Assembly: GCA_040219255.1 (NCBI GenBank)
Contig: JAVJSW010000068.1
Span: forward strand, 64,001-128,000
Length of the DNA stretch: 64,000 nucleotides
Source: Sumerlaeia bacterium
GTDB lineage: Bacteria; Sumerlaeota; Sumerlaeia; SLMS01; JAHLLQ01
Direction: 5' to 3'
The notes beneath the pieces are model-generated. The model had not been told where the DNA came from. It worked only from the letters and a program-made list of their open reading frames with translations, and did no database searches. Shown one piece after another: positions 9,032 to 18,700 of this stretch (position 1 is the first letter of the stretch; the number at the start of each line of letters is the position of its first letter). The position numbers were made by a program, and so were the translations under genes.

Positions 9032-9823
9032 ATGCTCGACGCCCTGACAAAATCCCGGCCGCTCCTCTTTCTGCTCATCAAGCGTGACTTGCAGGCCCGC
9101 TATGCGGGCAGCGCCGCAGGCGTGCTCTATCACGTGATTCAGCCCCTGGTGCTGATCGTCATCTACATCGCGATTTTCTCGCACCTGATGGCTTCCAAGG
9201 GGGGCGCCGGCGTTTCGCGCTTCGATTACGCCATTCATCTCACCAGCGGCATCATTCCCTGGTTCCTGTTCAGCGAAGTGCTGGGCCGGTGCACTACGGC
9301 GATGGCCGATCACGCCGAGTTCCTGAAGAAAATGGCGGTCCCCGAAGTCGTCGTCCATGTGGCGATTTACCTGCAAAGCCTCCTGATTCATGGTGGTTCG
9401 ATGCTCGCGCTGGCGGCGCTGCTGTATGTGGCGGGGGGGCCCATTACTCCGGTCTTCTGGCTGGCGCTGCCGATCATGGCGGCGCTCGGGCTGGTGGCGC
9501 TGGGGGTGGGCATGGTGCTGAGCGTGCTGCACCTGGTGGTCAAGGACGTGGGTCCGCTGGTGCAGATCGGGTTGCAGTTCGCCTTCTGGCTGACGCCCAT
9601 CGTGTACCTCTTCAGCGTGGTCGAGAGCGCCGGCCTGGGCATTCTGCCACGCATCAATCCGGTCTTTCCGTTCATCTCCCTCATCCAGCGCCTCTACGGA
9701 TCGCCCAGTCATGCCTTCCAGACCGACGCGTACCCGCTGCTGATCATCCTGCCGCTGTTCGCGATGGGGTTCGGATTGCGGTTTCTGGAGCGCCATCGCA
9801 GCGAAGTCCTCGATCAACTCTAG
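9032..9823 (+). CDS. Wzm/TagG-type polysaccharide ABC exporter permease
   Basis: RDLQARYAGS, GIIPWFLF, FWLTPIVY, INP motifs; about 6 TM segments. Confidence 0.85.
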   Translation: MLDALTKSRPLLFLLIKRDLQARYAGSAAGVLYHVIQPLVLIVIYIAIFSHLMASKGGAGVSRFDYAIHLTSGIIPWFLFSEVLGRCTTAMADHAEFLKKMAVPEVVVHVAIYLQSLLIHGGSMLALAALLYVAGGPITPVFWLALPIMAALGLVALGVGMVLSVLHLVVKDVGPLVQIGLQFAFWLTPIVYLFSVVESAGLGILPRINPVFPFISLIQRLYGSPSHAFQTDAYPLLIILPLFAMGFGLRFLERHRSEVLDQL

Positions 9824-9945
9824 GTGTCTCAAGCCTTTGATTTATCGCCACGGTCGGGCCTTGCTTTGCGGCGGGTGATCGCGTAAACGCGAGGGCCGCC
9901 GCCGCGGGAGATACCTATCTTTGTCGAAACGGGAGGACAGCGAAC

Positions 9946-11301
9946 ATGTTGGGCAATCTGCTGGCTCCTGAAATCGAGGAACTCCTCGCCGCCCGCGACT
10001 ACCGCGCGGCCAAGACCCTCCTGGGCGACCTGACGGCTCAGGACCTGGCCGATATCATCACCGATCTGCCCAACAAGCACACCACCATGGTGTTCCGCCT
10101 CCTGCCCAAGGACAAGGCGGCGGACGTTTTCGAGTACCTGGAATTCAGCGCCCAGGAGGAACTCCTCGACGAGCTGAAGAGCGAGGAAGTCGCCCACATT
10201 CTCGAAGAGATGGACCCGGACGACCGCACCGCGCTCCTCGAAGAATTGCCGCCCAAGGCGGCCAGCGCATTGATCGCGATGCTTTCGCCCGAGGAACGCC
10301 GCATCGCCACCACGCTCCTCAATTACCCCGAGGAAAGCGTCGGGCGTCTGATGACAACCGACTTCGTCTATCTACACCCCGAGATGACGGTGCTGGACGC
10401 GCTGAAGAAGGTGCGCCGCATCGGCATCGACCGCGAGACCGTGTACGCTCTCTATGTGGTGGACAAGGCTCGGACCCTCCTGGGCAGTGTGTCGTTGCGC
10501 CGCATCGTCACCAGCGATCTCGAACAGGTCGTGGGCGATCTGATGGTCAGCGACCCGCCGAAAGTCACCACCACGGACGACCGCGAGGACGCCGCCGAGC
10601 TGATCCGGCGCTACGACTTGATCGCCCTGCCGGTGGCCGATCAGACGGGCAAGCTGGTCGGTATCGTCACCGTCGACGATTTGCTCGACGTGATCGAGGC
10701 GGAGCACACCGAGGACGTGCAGATGCAGGCGGCCGTCCTGCCGGACGAGCGCAGTTATCTGGAGGCGACGGTTTTCGGGTTGGTGCGGCGGCGGATCGTT
10801 TGGCTGGTGCTGCTCCTTGGGGCGGAAATGATCGGTGTCCTTTTTCTGAGACGATACGAGGAGACGCTGAGCGCCTACATCGCGCTGGCGCTTTTCCTGC
10901 CGGTGATGATCGCCACCGGCGGCAATACGGGGACGCAGAGCGCGGCCCTGGTGATCCGCGCCATCGCCACCGGCGAAATCGACCTGCGCCACGGCATGAA
11001 GGTGCTGGGGCGCGACCTGGTGGTGGGGGTTGTGCTGTCCGTGACGTTGGGGGTTCTGGCGGGGTTGCTGTGCTGGGCGATGAGCGGTATGGGCGTCATC
11101 GGGTTGTGCGTGGGGTGCGGTCTGGCGGCCATCATCGTCATGTCGAACCTCGCGGGGACGTTGCTGCCGCTCGTTTTCGAGCAGCTCAATATGGATCCGG
11201 CGCTGATGTCGGGGCCGTTCATCAGCACATTGGTGGACGTGTTCGGGCTGGTGATCTATTTGCAGATCAGTCTGGCGATCATCGCGAAGTTCGGAAGCTA
11301 A
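9946..11301 (+). CDS. mgtE: Magnesium transporter MgtE
   Basis: N-domain MDPDDR, CBS pair (GIVTVDDLLD), GGNTGTQS, DPALMSGPFISTLVD. Confidence 0.95.
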   Translation: MLGNLLAPEIEELLAARDYRAAKTLLGDLTAQDLADIITDLPNKHTTMVFRLLPKDKAADVFEYLEFSAQEELLDELKSEEVAHILEEMDPDDRTALLEELPPKAASALIAMLSPEERRIATTLLNYPEESVGRLMTTDFVYLHPEMTVLDALKKVRRIGIDRETVYALYVVDKARTLLGSVSLRRIVTSDLEQVVGDLMVSDPPKVTTTDDREDAAELIRRYDLIALPVADQTGKLVGIVTVDDLLDVIEAEHTEDVQMQAAVLPDERSYLEATVFGLVRRRIVWLVLLLGAEMIGVLFLRRYEETLSAYIALALFLPVMIATGGNTGTQSAALVIRAIATGEIDLRHGMKVLGRDLVVGVVLSVTLGVLAGLLCWAMSGMGVIGLCVGCGLAAIIVMSNLAGTLLPLVFEQLNMDPALMSGPFISTLVDVFGLVIYLQISLAIIAKFGS

Positions 11302-11855
11302 CCAGGCCCTCGGTCGAGGACGTGGCGGACGCTGAGGAACCCGGCGGGCGCCACCAGCCAATCGGGATCCGGCGAGTCGACGGACGCGCGGGCGCGGTGC
11401 TCTTCCGGGGTGACCCAACGCACCGCCGTGACCTCCGCCGGGTCGGGCGAGAGGCTGCCGGGATCGACTTGCGCCGAGAAGATGTGGATGAACTCCCAAC
11501 CCGTCTCGAGCGACGGCGAGAACACGCCTTCATGGCGTAAGTTCTCCGGCTTCAGGGAAACGCCCATTTCCTCGCGCGCCTCGCGGAGGGCCGTGGCGAG
11601 GTAACTCTCGCCTGGATCGACGTGGCCGCCGACGCTGATGTCCCATCGGCCGGGAAAGCGGTCCTTGGCCATGGAGCGGCGCTGCATGGCAAATCGCCCC
11701 GCCCCATCCCAGAGCAGCACATGGACGGCGCGATGCCACAAATCCCGCGCGTGGATTTCGGCCCGCGTCGCGAGCCCCACAACGCGGTCTTCCGCGTCGA
11801 CGACCTCGAGGAGATCGGTGTCGGTGTGAGAGAGATGGTAACCGAGTTCGCTCAT
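11298..11855 (-). CDS. NUDIX hydrolase (IDI/YfcD-like)
   Basis: HRAVHV, QRRS..KD.FPG.WD, Nudix box GGHVDPGESYLATALREAREEMG. Confidence 0.88.
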   Translation of the reverse strand: MSELGYHLSHTDTDLLEVVDAEDRVVGLATRAEIHARDLWHRAVHVLLWDGAGRFAMQRRSMAKDRFPGRWDISVGGHVDPGESYLATALREAREEMGVSLKPENLRHEGVFSPSLETGWEFIHIFSAQVDPGSLSPDPAEVTAVRWVTPEEHRARASVDSPDPDWLVAPAGFLSVRHVLDRGPG

Positions 11856-11959
11856 GGGACGGCACTCCGGAAAGGATGAGTGGAGCCTAGGCGAAGAGAT
11901 GGCGAAAAGTCAAGCGGGAATTCGCAAAAAATTCGCCGCCCCCCTAATCTTTACAGAAA

Positions 11960-12255
11960 TCACCGATGAGACGCAGAGAACGCAGAGATGATTGGCGCTT
12001 CTGAAGTTCGCCGAAACAACCGGCGGGCCTCGGTTCCTGGCTGGATGACTGGAAAACGGCGGCCGATTCTTTTCAAAAGAAATGATCGATGCAGAAAAAT
12101 GCCAGAATTGGCGCGACTTTCTTTGGGTCTGGCAAGTATTCTGTCTTGGGATTCATTTGTATCCTTCTGATTTCGTTTGACTTGATACAGACAACCCACT
12201 TTCTCAACTGCACCTTTCAAATGATCTCTGTGGAACCTCTGCCCTCTGTGGTGAA
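11960..12255. repeat. About 300-bp lower-GC segment bounded by degenerate TCACC..(A/G)GAG..CAGAG inverted repeats (family B, copy 1)
   Basis: tcaccgatgagacgcagagaacgcagaga (11960-11988) and tctctgtggaacctctgccctctgtggtgaa (12225-12255). Confidence 0.5.
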
Positions 12256-12404
12256 GGAGAACGGGGAGGTCCGAGTTCTCCAGGAGAGGCAATCGAAACG
12301 ACCGAAGGGTTTCTGCTTAGGCTCAAGAATTTCAACGGATCACGACCTGCGCCAGGTTGCCATTGCTTGCGGGGTTTCTCGGGGCGCAACGAGTTCACCA
12401 GTCC

Positions 12405-13427
12405 CTAATTGCGCGAGCGACCTCCACCGGAGCGGCTTTGGCCTCCGCTGCGTTCGCTCTGTTGCGCACCGCGCTCGGGGGCGGAACGCTGTGTTTGCTG
12501 GCGTTGGGCCGGTTGCTGGGCGTTACCGGAGCGGCTGGACGATCCTTGCACGGTGACGTTGTTGCCGTCGACGGTGCCGGTGCGGTTGCGCGAGGTGGCC
12601 GCCCAGGGCGATGTGGTGGTCCCGGTTCTGGTCCAGCCGGTTTCCGTCGGGGCCCAGGTATCCATCGAGGTGACTTGCTGGCCCTGTGGACCGGTGCGGG
12701 TGCCCGAGCGGTTCATGGTTTCGCCGGATTTCCAGTAGCTGGAGTCCGAGGTGTAGGTGCGGCCGTCGGGGCCGATAACGGTGCGGGTGCCATCGACGCC
12801 TTCTTCGGTGCGGGTGTATTCGGAGGAACTGGAGGCGGTTTGGCCATTGGGGCCTGTGGCGCTGGAGCTGCCGGTCCAGCCGTCTTCGGTCTGCTCAAAG
12901 AGGGATTGGCTATTCATGGTCCGCCCGCCAGGTCCGTTGGCGGTGGTCCTGCCGGCGACGCCCGATTCGGTGCGCGAGTAAAGCGAGTCGGTGGCGGCGG
13001 TGCGGCCTTGCGGTCCGGTGGTTTCGCTGGAGAGTTGGAACCCCATTTCGGACATGAGCCATTCGATGTCGGTGATGGCGCTGTTGCCCTGGGGGCCGGT
13101 CTGGGTGAGGCGGGCGGAGTTTTCGCCGGTGCGCTCGGCCAACTGGCTCGCGTTGAGCGTCTTGCCGCCGGGCGTCTGCGTTTCCACAAGGCGCAGAACG
13201 CCGTTTTCCACTTCCTCCAGGGCGAAGTAGCGGGTCACTGGCTGGCCGTTGAGGTTGTAGGTGAGGGAGCGCGCTTCCTGGCCCTTGGCGGCGAGGGCGG
13301 TCTGGGCGTCCTGCGGGAGGGCGGCGGTTTTGTCCTGGAGGCGGGCGCGGCGCTCGGCGAGGGATTGCTGGGCGGCGAGGGGGCTGGCCACGAGGGCGAA
13401 AACGGTGAGAGCGAGGACGAAATTCAT
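12405..13427 (-). CDS. Secreted Thr/Gly/Ser-rich protein with TGPxG repeats
   Basis: ATG after GAGGAG SD; signal peptide MNFVLALTVFALVASPLAA; repeated TGPQG/NGPGG/TGPNG/IGPDG turns. Confidence 0.7.
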   Translation of the reverse strand: MNFVLALTVFALVASPLAAQQSLAERRARLQDKTAALPQDAQTALAAKGQEARSLTYNLNGQPVTRYFALEEVENGVLRLVETQTPGGKTLNASQLAERTGENSARLTQTGPQGNSAITDIEWLMSEMGFQLSSETTGPQGRTAATDSLYSRTESGVAGRTTANGPGGRTMNSQSLFEQTEDGWTGSSSATGPNGQTASSSSEYTRTEEGVDGTRTVIGPDGRTYTSDSSYWKSGETMNRSGTRTGPQGQQVTSMDTWAPTETGWTRTGTTTSPWAATSRNRTGTVDGNNVTVQGSSSRSGNAQQPAQRQQTQRSAPERGAQQSERSGGQSRSGGGRSRN

Positions 13428-13624
13428 AAGGGGCTCCTCGAGAAAGTTGCTGGATTCTTCCCGCTTTCGTTGGCGAATCGGAGGCCGCGAGCGGCGGGAT
13501 TTCGCCGATCGTTGGTATGGCTTGGCTTCCAGACGTTCGCCGATGACCGGGACGATGAAGGCGTACGATAGCGTGCGGCTTTTCGCAATCGGATGTGCGT
13601 TGCGGAACGGGTGGGTCAAATTTT

Positions 13625-13930
13625 TTCACCACGGAGGGGGCACAGAGGACAGAGTTTCGCGGAGATCCTCAAATCTATGACGCGAGAGGCTTGGTGAAGT
13701 CCAATAGAAGGAAGGCTTTGCATTGCTGCTGCCTCTTGTCGCTCGAACTTCTTTTCCTCAGAATCGACAAACTTGTCGATCATTGCGTCCTCCCATCGAC
13801 CTTCAGCCCTTTCGCGAAATAATGAGAGTTGGTTGTAGGAGTCACCCGCACAAGCGTTCGCTGCTCGATTTTTCCCTGCCGGGTCGGAATAACCCCCAAT
13901 TTCTCGGTGTTCTCGCTGGCTCGGCGGTGA
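13625..13930. repeat. About 300-bp lower-GC segment bounded by family B inverted repeats (copy 2)
   Basis: ttcaccacggagggggcacagaggacagag (13625-13654) and ttctcggtgttctcgctggctcggcggtga (13901-13930). Confidence 0.5.
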
Positions 13931-14087
13931 GTCTTTCAGGAATAGGGCGGGTGGGTTCGCTCAACAGCCGGCCACATTCGGGCCGACAGGTCCCCTTCCA
14001 TGCTTGTCACCCCGCCGCGGTGGTTGTGATTCAGGGGGGCGGACGGGGCGTTTGCCCGCGTCCATTCGCCAGTTCGCGAGGGAAGAT

Positions 14088-15554
14088 ATGGCCGACGATT
14101 CATCGGAATTGGAGAGCGCGATTCCGCCGATGGCGCTGCACCGGAGCGCGCTGTTGGGTTGGCTGTTGCCGGCGGCGGCGATTCTGGGGGTTTACGCGGC
14201 GCTCTCGCTGGCGGAACTGGGGTCGAAAGATTTGAACGTGGACGAACTGGTGACGTCGGCGCTGGCTCGGGTGTCGGCGGGCGAGATTCTCGACGACCGG
14301 CCGCGCCAGGGGCACGGGCCGCTGTACTTTCTGTTGGTGCAGGGGTGGGTCGAAGTGGCCGGCCATACGGTCGAGACCCTTGCGCTGTTCTCGGCGTTGC
14401 TCGGGGCGTTCGGGATCGTAGCGACGGGCTGGGCGGCGAGGGAGTTGGGGTTTGGGCGATGGAGCTGGGTGGCGATGGGGTTGCTGGCGGTGCATCCGGA
14501 GTTCGTTCACCTGGGGCGATTCGTGCGGCCCTATTCGGGTGCGGTGGCCTTTGCGGCGCTGCAGATCGCGCTGGCTGGGTGGGCGTTGCGCGGGGGGCGC
14601 CGGGCGGCGCTGGCGCTGGCGTGTGCGGGTGTGGCGGGGGCGCTTTGGCATCACAGCCTGGTTACCGGCTGGATCGCTCTGGGGTTGGCGGTGGCGGCCG
14701 TGCCGGCCTTGCGCCGGGGGTCGGGCGCGGCGTTGTGGGTGGCGCTGAGCGTGGCGTTGCTCGCGCACGGCGGGATGCTGTTTTGGGTTTGGAAAGCTTC
14801 GCGGACGGTGGCCGACCCGCTGGGCTGGATCGAGCCCGCTGGCTGGGCCGAGTCGCTGTCGGTAATGCTCAAGGTTTTCGGCGGCAAGGATCTCTGGGCC
14901 GGGCGGTTGGAATTCGGGTGGGTTGTGCCGCTGGCCATCGCCGGAGCGATCGGCTGGTGCTTCCAGGCTACGCGGCGCCGGCCCCGGCTCGCGCTGGCGC
15001 TGGCGGGGGCGGTCGTGCCCCTCGCGCTCCTCGGGGCCGTCACGTTGCTGGCGCAGCCGATGTGGCGGGAACGCTACCTGGTGGTTTGCCTGCCGGGAGG
15101 GCTGCTGTGTCTGGTGGCGGGGTTGAGGTGCGTTCCGTGGCGCTGGCCGCGGGCTGGAGGAATCGCCTTGCTGGCGGCGGTGTCGCTGGTTCGGGCGGAG
15201 GGCGTGAGCGAGGAGCGGGGCAGCGGGCTGCGGGAGGTGGTGGCGCGGCTCGAACGCGAACGCCCAGCCCGTGCACCCCGGGCGCCCATCATCACCACCA
15301 GTGCCAACGCCGTGGAGGGCGTGCGTCTGCACAGTGGTGGGCGGCTGGAGGCGTTCTTTCCCGGCCGGGCGGACTACGCGGAAAGCTGGGTCCGGGTCCG
15401 GGAAATCACCGAGGGCGCGGACCACCTGTGGGTCGTTGGCTACCGGAAAGTGGACGAGTTTTTCGGGGCCGAGTTCTGGCGACGGGAGGGCGTGCGGGAG
15501 GTGTGGAGGAAGGAGGAGAACGTTTCGGAGGTGAGGCTGTACGCGCTGGAGTGA
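14088..15554 (+). CDS. GT-C (PMT/ArnT-like, GT39/83) integral membrane glycosyltransferase
   Basis: LNVDE acidic motif after TM1, HGPLYFLL, VRPYS, ERYLV; many TM helices. Confidence 0.72.
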   Translation: MADDSSELESAIPPMALHRSALLGWLLPAAAILGVYAALSLAELGSKDLNVDELVTSALARVSAGEILDDRPRQGHGPLYFLLVQGWVEVAGHTVETLALFSALLGAFGIVATGWAARELGFGRWSWVAMGLLAVHPEFVHLGRFVRPYSGAVAFAALQIALAGWALRGGRRAALALACAGVAGALWHHSLVTGWIALGLAVAAVPALRRGSGAALWVALSVALLAHGGMLFWVWKASRTVADPLGWIEPAGWAESLSVMLKVFGGKDLWAGRLEFGWVVPLAIAGAIGWCFQATRRRPRLALALAGAVVPLALLGAVTLLAQPMWRERYLVVCLPGGLLCLVAGLRCVPWRWPRAGGIALLAAVSLVRAEGVSEERGSGLREVVARLERERPARAPRAPIITTSANAVEGVRLHSGGRLEAFFPGRADYAESWVRVREITEGADHLWVVGYRKVDEFFGAEFWRREGVREVWRKEENVSEVRLYALE

Positions 15555-15721
15555 GAGGCTGGCTTTCGCCGGTGAATGGCCGACTAATAGGCTGCTGAGA
15601 AGTGAGATGAGGGCGTTGTTTCAATCCTTCATCGAAAATTTTCGATAGACAACATCCGCTTTCCATTCCAACCTGCGCGCGTTATTGTGAAAATTTTTAG
15701 CCTCCGCGGTTGGAAGTCAAA

Positions 15722-18700
15722 ATGCCAATCCTTACGCGACGCCCCGGCGTCCTGTGCTTGCCGATTCTGGTTCTGTCGGCTCAAGCCCTTCTCGCTCAAG
15801 GCGATTTCAATCAAGACGGAGTCGCCGACTCGGCCGATCTGATCGCCTATCAGGGGGCCGTCGCGGCGGTCGATCCGGCCTCGCCCGAAGCGGTCGACGC
15901 GCTGGACTTCGACCAGGACGAAGTGCTGGGGAAATTGGACTTGGAGATCCTGGCGGGCTGGCTCCTGGGGGAAACGTTCACCCTTCCGCCGGACCTCGAC
16001 GTCACCAATCCGCCGAAGGGAACGATCTACACCGCCACCTCTTCGATGATGATCGAAGGCACCGTGTCCCAAGTTGTCGATCTGGTGATCGGCGACCTCG
16101 AGTTCCCCAACACCACGGGAAGTTTCAGCCGAACCGTCTTTTTCGAGCCGGGGCTCAACATCGTCGAGATCACCGCGTCGGTGCCCGGTGACGACTCGGT
16201 GCCCGACGCGCGCCAGACGCGCGAGGTCGTGCTCGATCTCGATCCGCCCGTGCTGGAAATCACCGCGCCTGTTCCCAACGGTCCCGCCCTCGCGGGCGAA
16301 ATGGTCATGGTGAGCGGCATCGTTACGGATGAAACCCCGACCGAAGTGCGCATCGTCACGTCGCGGGCCAACGTGCGCGCGACCCCCGACATTTTCGGCG
16401 AATGGTCCACAGAGGTTCCGGTCGAGCCCGGACTGCGCGACATCACCGTGACAGTCACCGATTCCGCCGGTCTGCAGAACAGCATCGTTCTGCCGGTGCG
16501 GACCTTCCTGTCACCCGAGCAAACGCTGGTCTCCAGCGGCGGAGCCCTGGCCATGCTGCCCGAAGGCGCCATCCCGATGGAAGACATGGTGGTGCGCATC
16601 GACGACGTGGACAACGCGGAACTGGAGGGCATTCTCGGGGTGGACCTGTTGACGCAGGGCCCTGCCGGGGGCTTCGAGGAACTGCCCGAGGGCGCGATCA
16701 TCATGCCGAGCGCGATCATGCTCGAGGTGCAGGACGGCCCCGAACAGGGCGAGCGCCAGTTCATGAAGGACATCGAAATCGCCCTGCCCAACACGGCCAA
16801 CGCCAGCAATCAGATGCCGCTTTGGATTTTCCAGATTCAGCCCGACGCCGACGGCGACGGCGAACCGCAACTTGGTCTCGTCTCACGCGCCCGGGTCAGC
16901 GACGACGGCCAGTTCATCGTCCCCATCACCGACGGCGACAGCCCAGCGGACGAGGCTCTGCCCGGGTTCCTCGATGGCGCGAACCCGCGCTTCGATGAGA
17001 CGACCCTCGGCCAGGTGGAAGCGGCCAAGGCGGTGCAGAACCTCAAGGCGCGGCTTGAAGGCAAAGCCGCCTTCGATCCGCTCGCGATGAACGTGGGTTA
17101 TGCGATTCCGCCCTATCAGGCCGCGATGCCTTCGGCGCTCGACACGATGGAGCCGCCCCCGGTGCCGGCGGCGCTGGCGGATTTGCTGCCCTCGACGAAG
17201 CGTGGGCAGGTGGCGGGCAAGCAGGCTCTTCCCTTCCGCCTTCTCATTGAGGATTACGAGGACCGCATCCCGGTGGGCGTTCCGGACCTGCTGAACTTGC
17301 TTCAGCCTCCTGGCGTGACGTACTTTTCCGCACCGACGACGGCGACTTTTTCCGGGATCGTACCGAATCCTCTCCAGGCCAACGATCTGATTGGGCAAGG
17401 CAACCCCGCCCGGTCCAGCGCGCCACGCATCGTGGGCGGCGTCCCCGTGCGGGGTCAGTTGGGCCCGCACGCGGACCCGGACCGGTTCTCGGTCTACATG
17501 TCCTTTTTTGGCCAGGAGCAGGCCTTCGATCTGATGGCCGCCGGATTCAACGGCACCGGTCAGGTTCAACTCTGCTTCGACACCCGCGGCCTCGCCGCCT
17601 CGAACCAGCAGTTCTCCGTCACCATCCACGATGGAGACGGCCCGGGCGAATTCATCGACTTCACGCCCGCCGACGATTGGCGAGAGATCGGCATCAACAT
17701 CAGCAACTTCGACATCGATGTGACCGATATGCGGCGCATCGAATGGCGCCTGACCGGGCCGAGCGGCTCGCCGGTGAACTGGAACCTCGATCACGTCGTC
17801 CTCAAGTCGACCGTCGAACTCAGCCCGCCCCCCACCGAACCCCCGCCGCCGACGCCCACGCCGACGGGCACGATCGTCGATCCGACACCTCCGCCGACCC
17901 CTCATCCAACCGCGACGACGGAGCCGCCGGTGACGCCGACGCCTTCGCCCACGCGGTCGACGACGGGCGGCGATCCGACGCCGACGCCGGGACCGACCTC
18001 GCCACCGACACCCGGGCCGGACGAAACGCCCACGCCCATGCCGACGGCGACTCCGCCAATGCCGACGCCTCCGCCGGACCGGCCCAAGACGCAGGTCACG
18101 TTCTACTGCTGTGCCGCTTCCGCCGTCATTCCCTATACGGGTAAGACGAAGTGCGACGACGACGAGAACGTGGACCAGCAGCGGCTGCGCGATTGCATCG
18201 CCCGCGAGCAGGCGGCCCTGCGCCGCTGCGAGGCGGATCTCAAGAGACTTCAAGACGAAATCGACCGCCTCGCCAATGGCGGCCTCCAGGGCCACCGAAC
18301 CGCCTTTGGCAGCACCGTCAACGTCGGCGGGGTCAACGTTCCCACCGTCCTCGGCGGCTCCGCCTTCCGCATGTTCCCCTTCCTCAGCCCCGCCTCCAAG
18401 GGTCTGGGTGTGGGACGGGACGTCGCGGTAACCATCGCCGACGGCTACATGTCGGTCGAGGACATCGCCGCCGCCGCTCAATCGGGCGACCGCAATCAGC
18501 AGACGCAGGCGGCCGTCACGACCACGGCGCGGGTCCTCAACAACTCCGTGCGGTTCCTCGCCAAGGACGTGGAAGACGGCCAGATCACGTCGCAACTGCA
18601 ACGGCGCAACGGGTTCAAGAACGCGCTGTCGGCCACCCGCCTCCTGACCAACCTGTACAAGACCGTGCAGGCTGGCTATCAGATGATCGACGCCCTTTAT

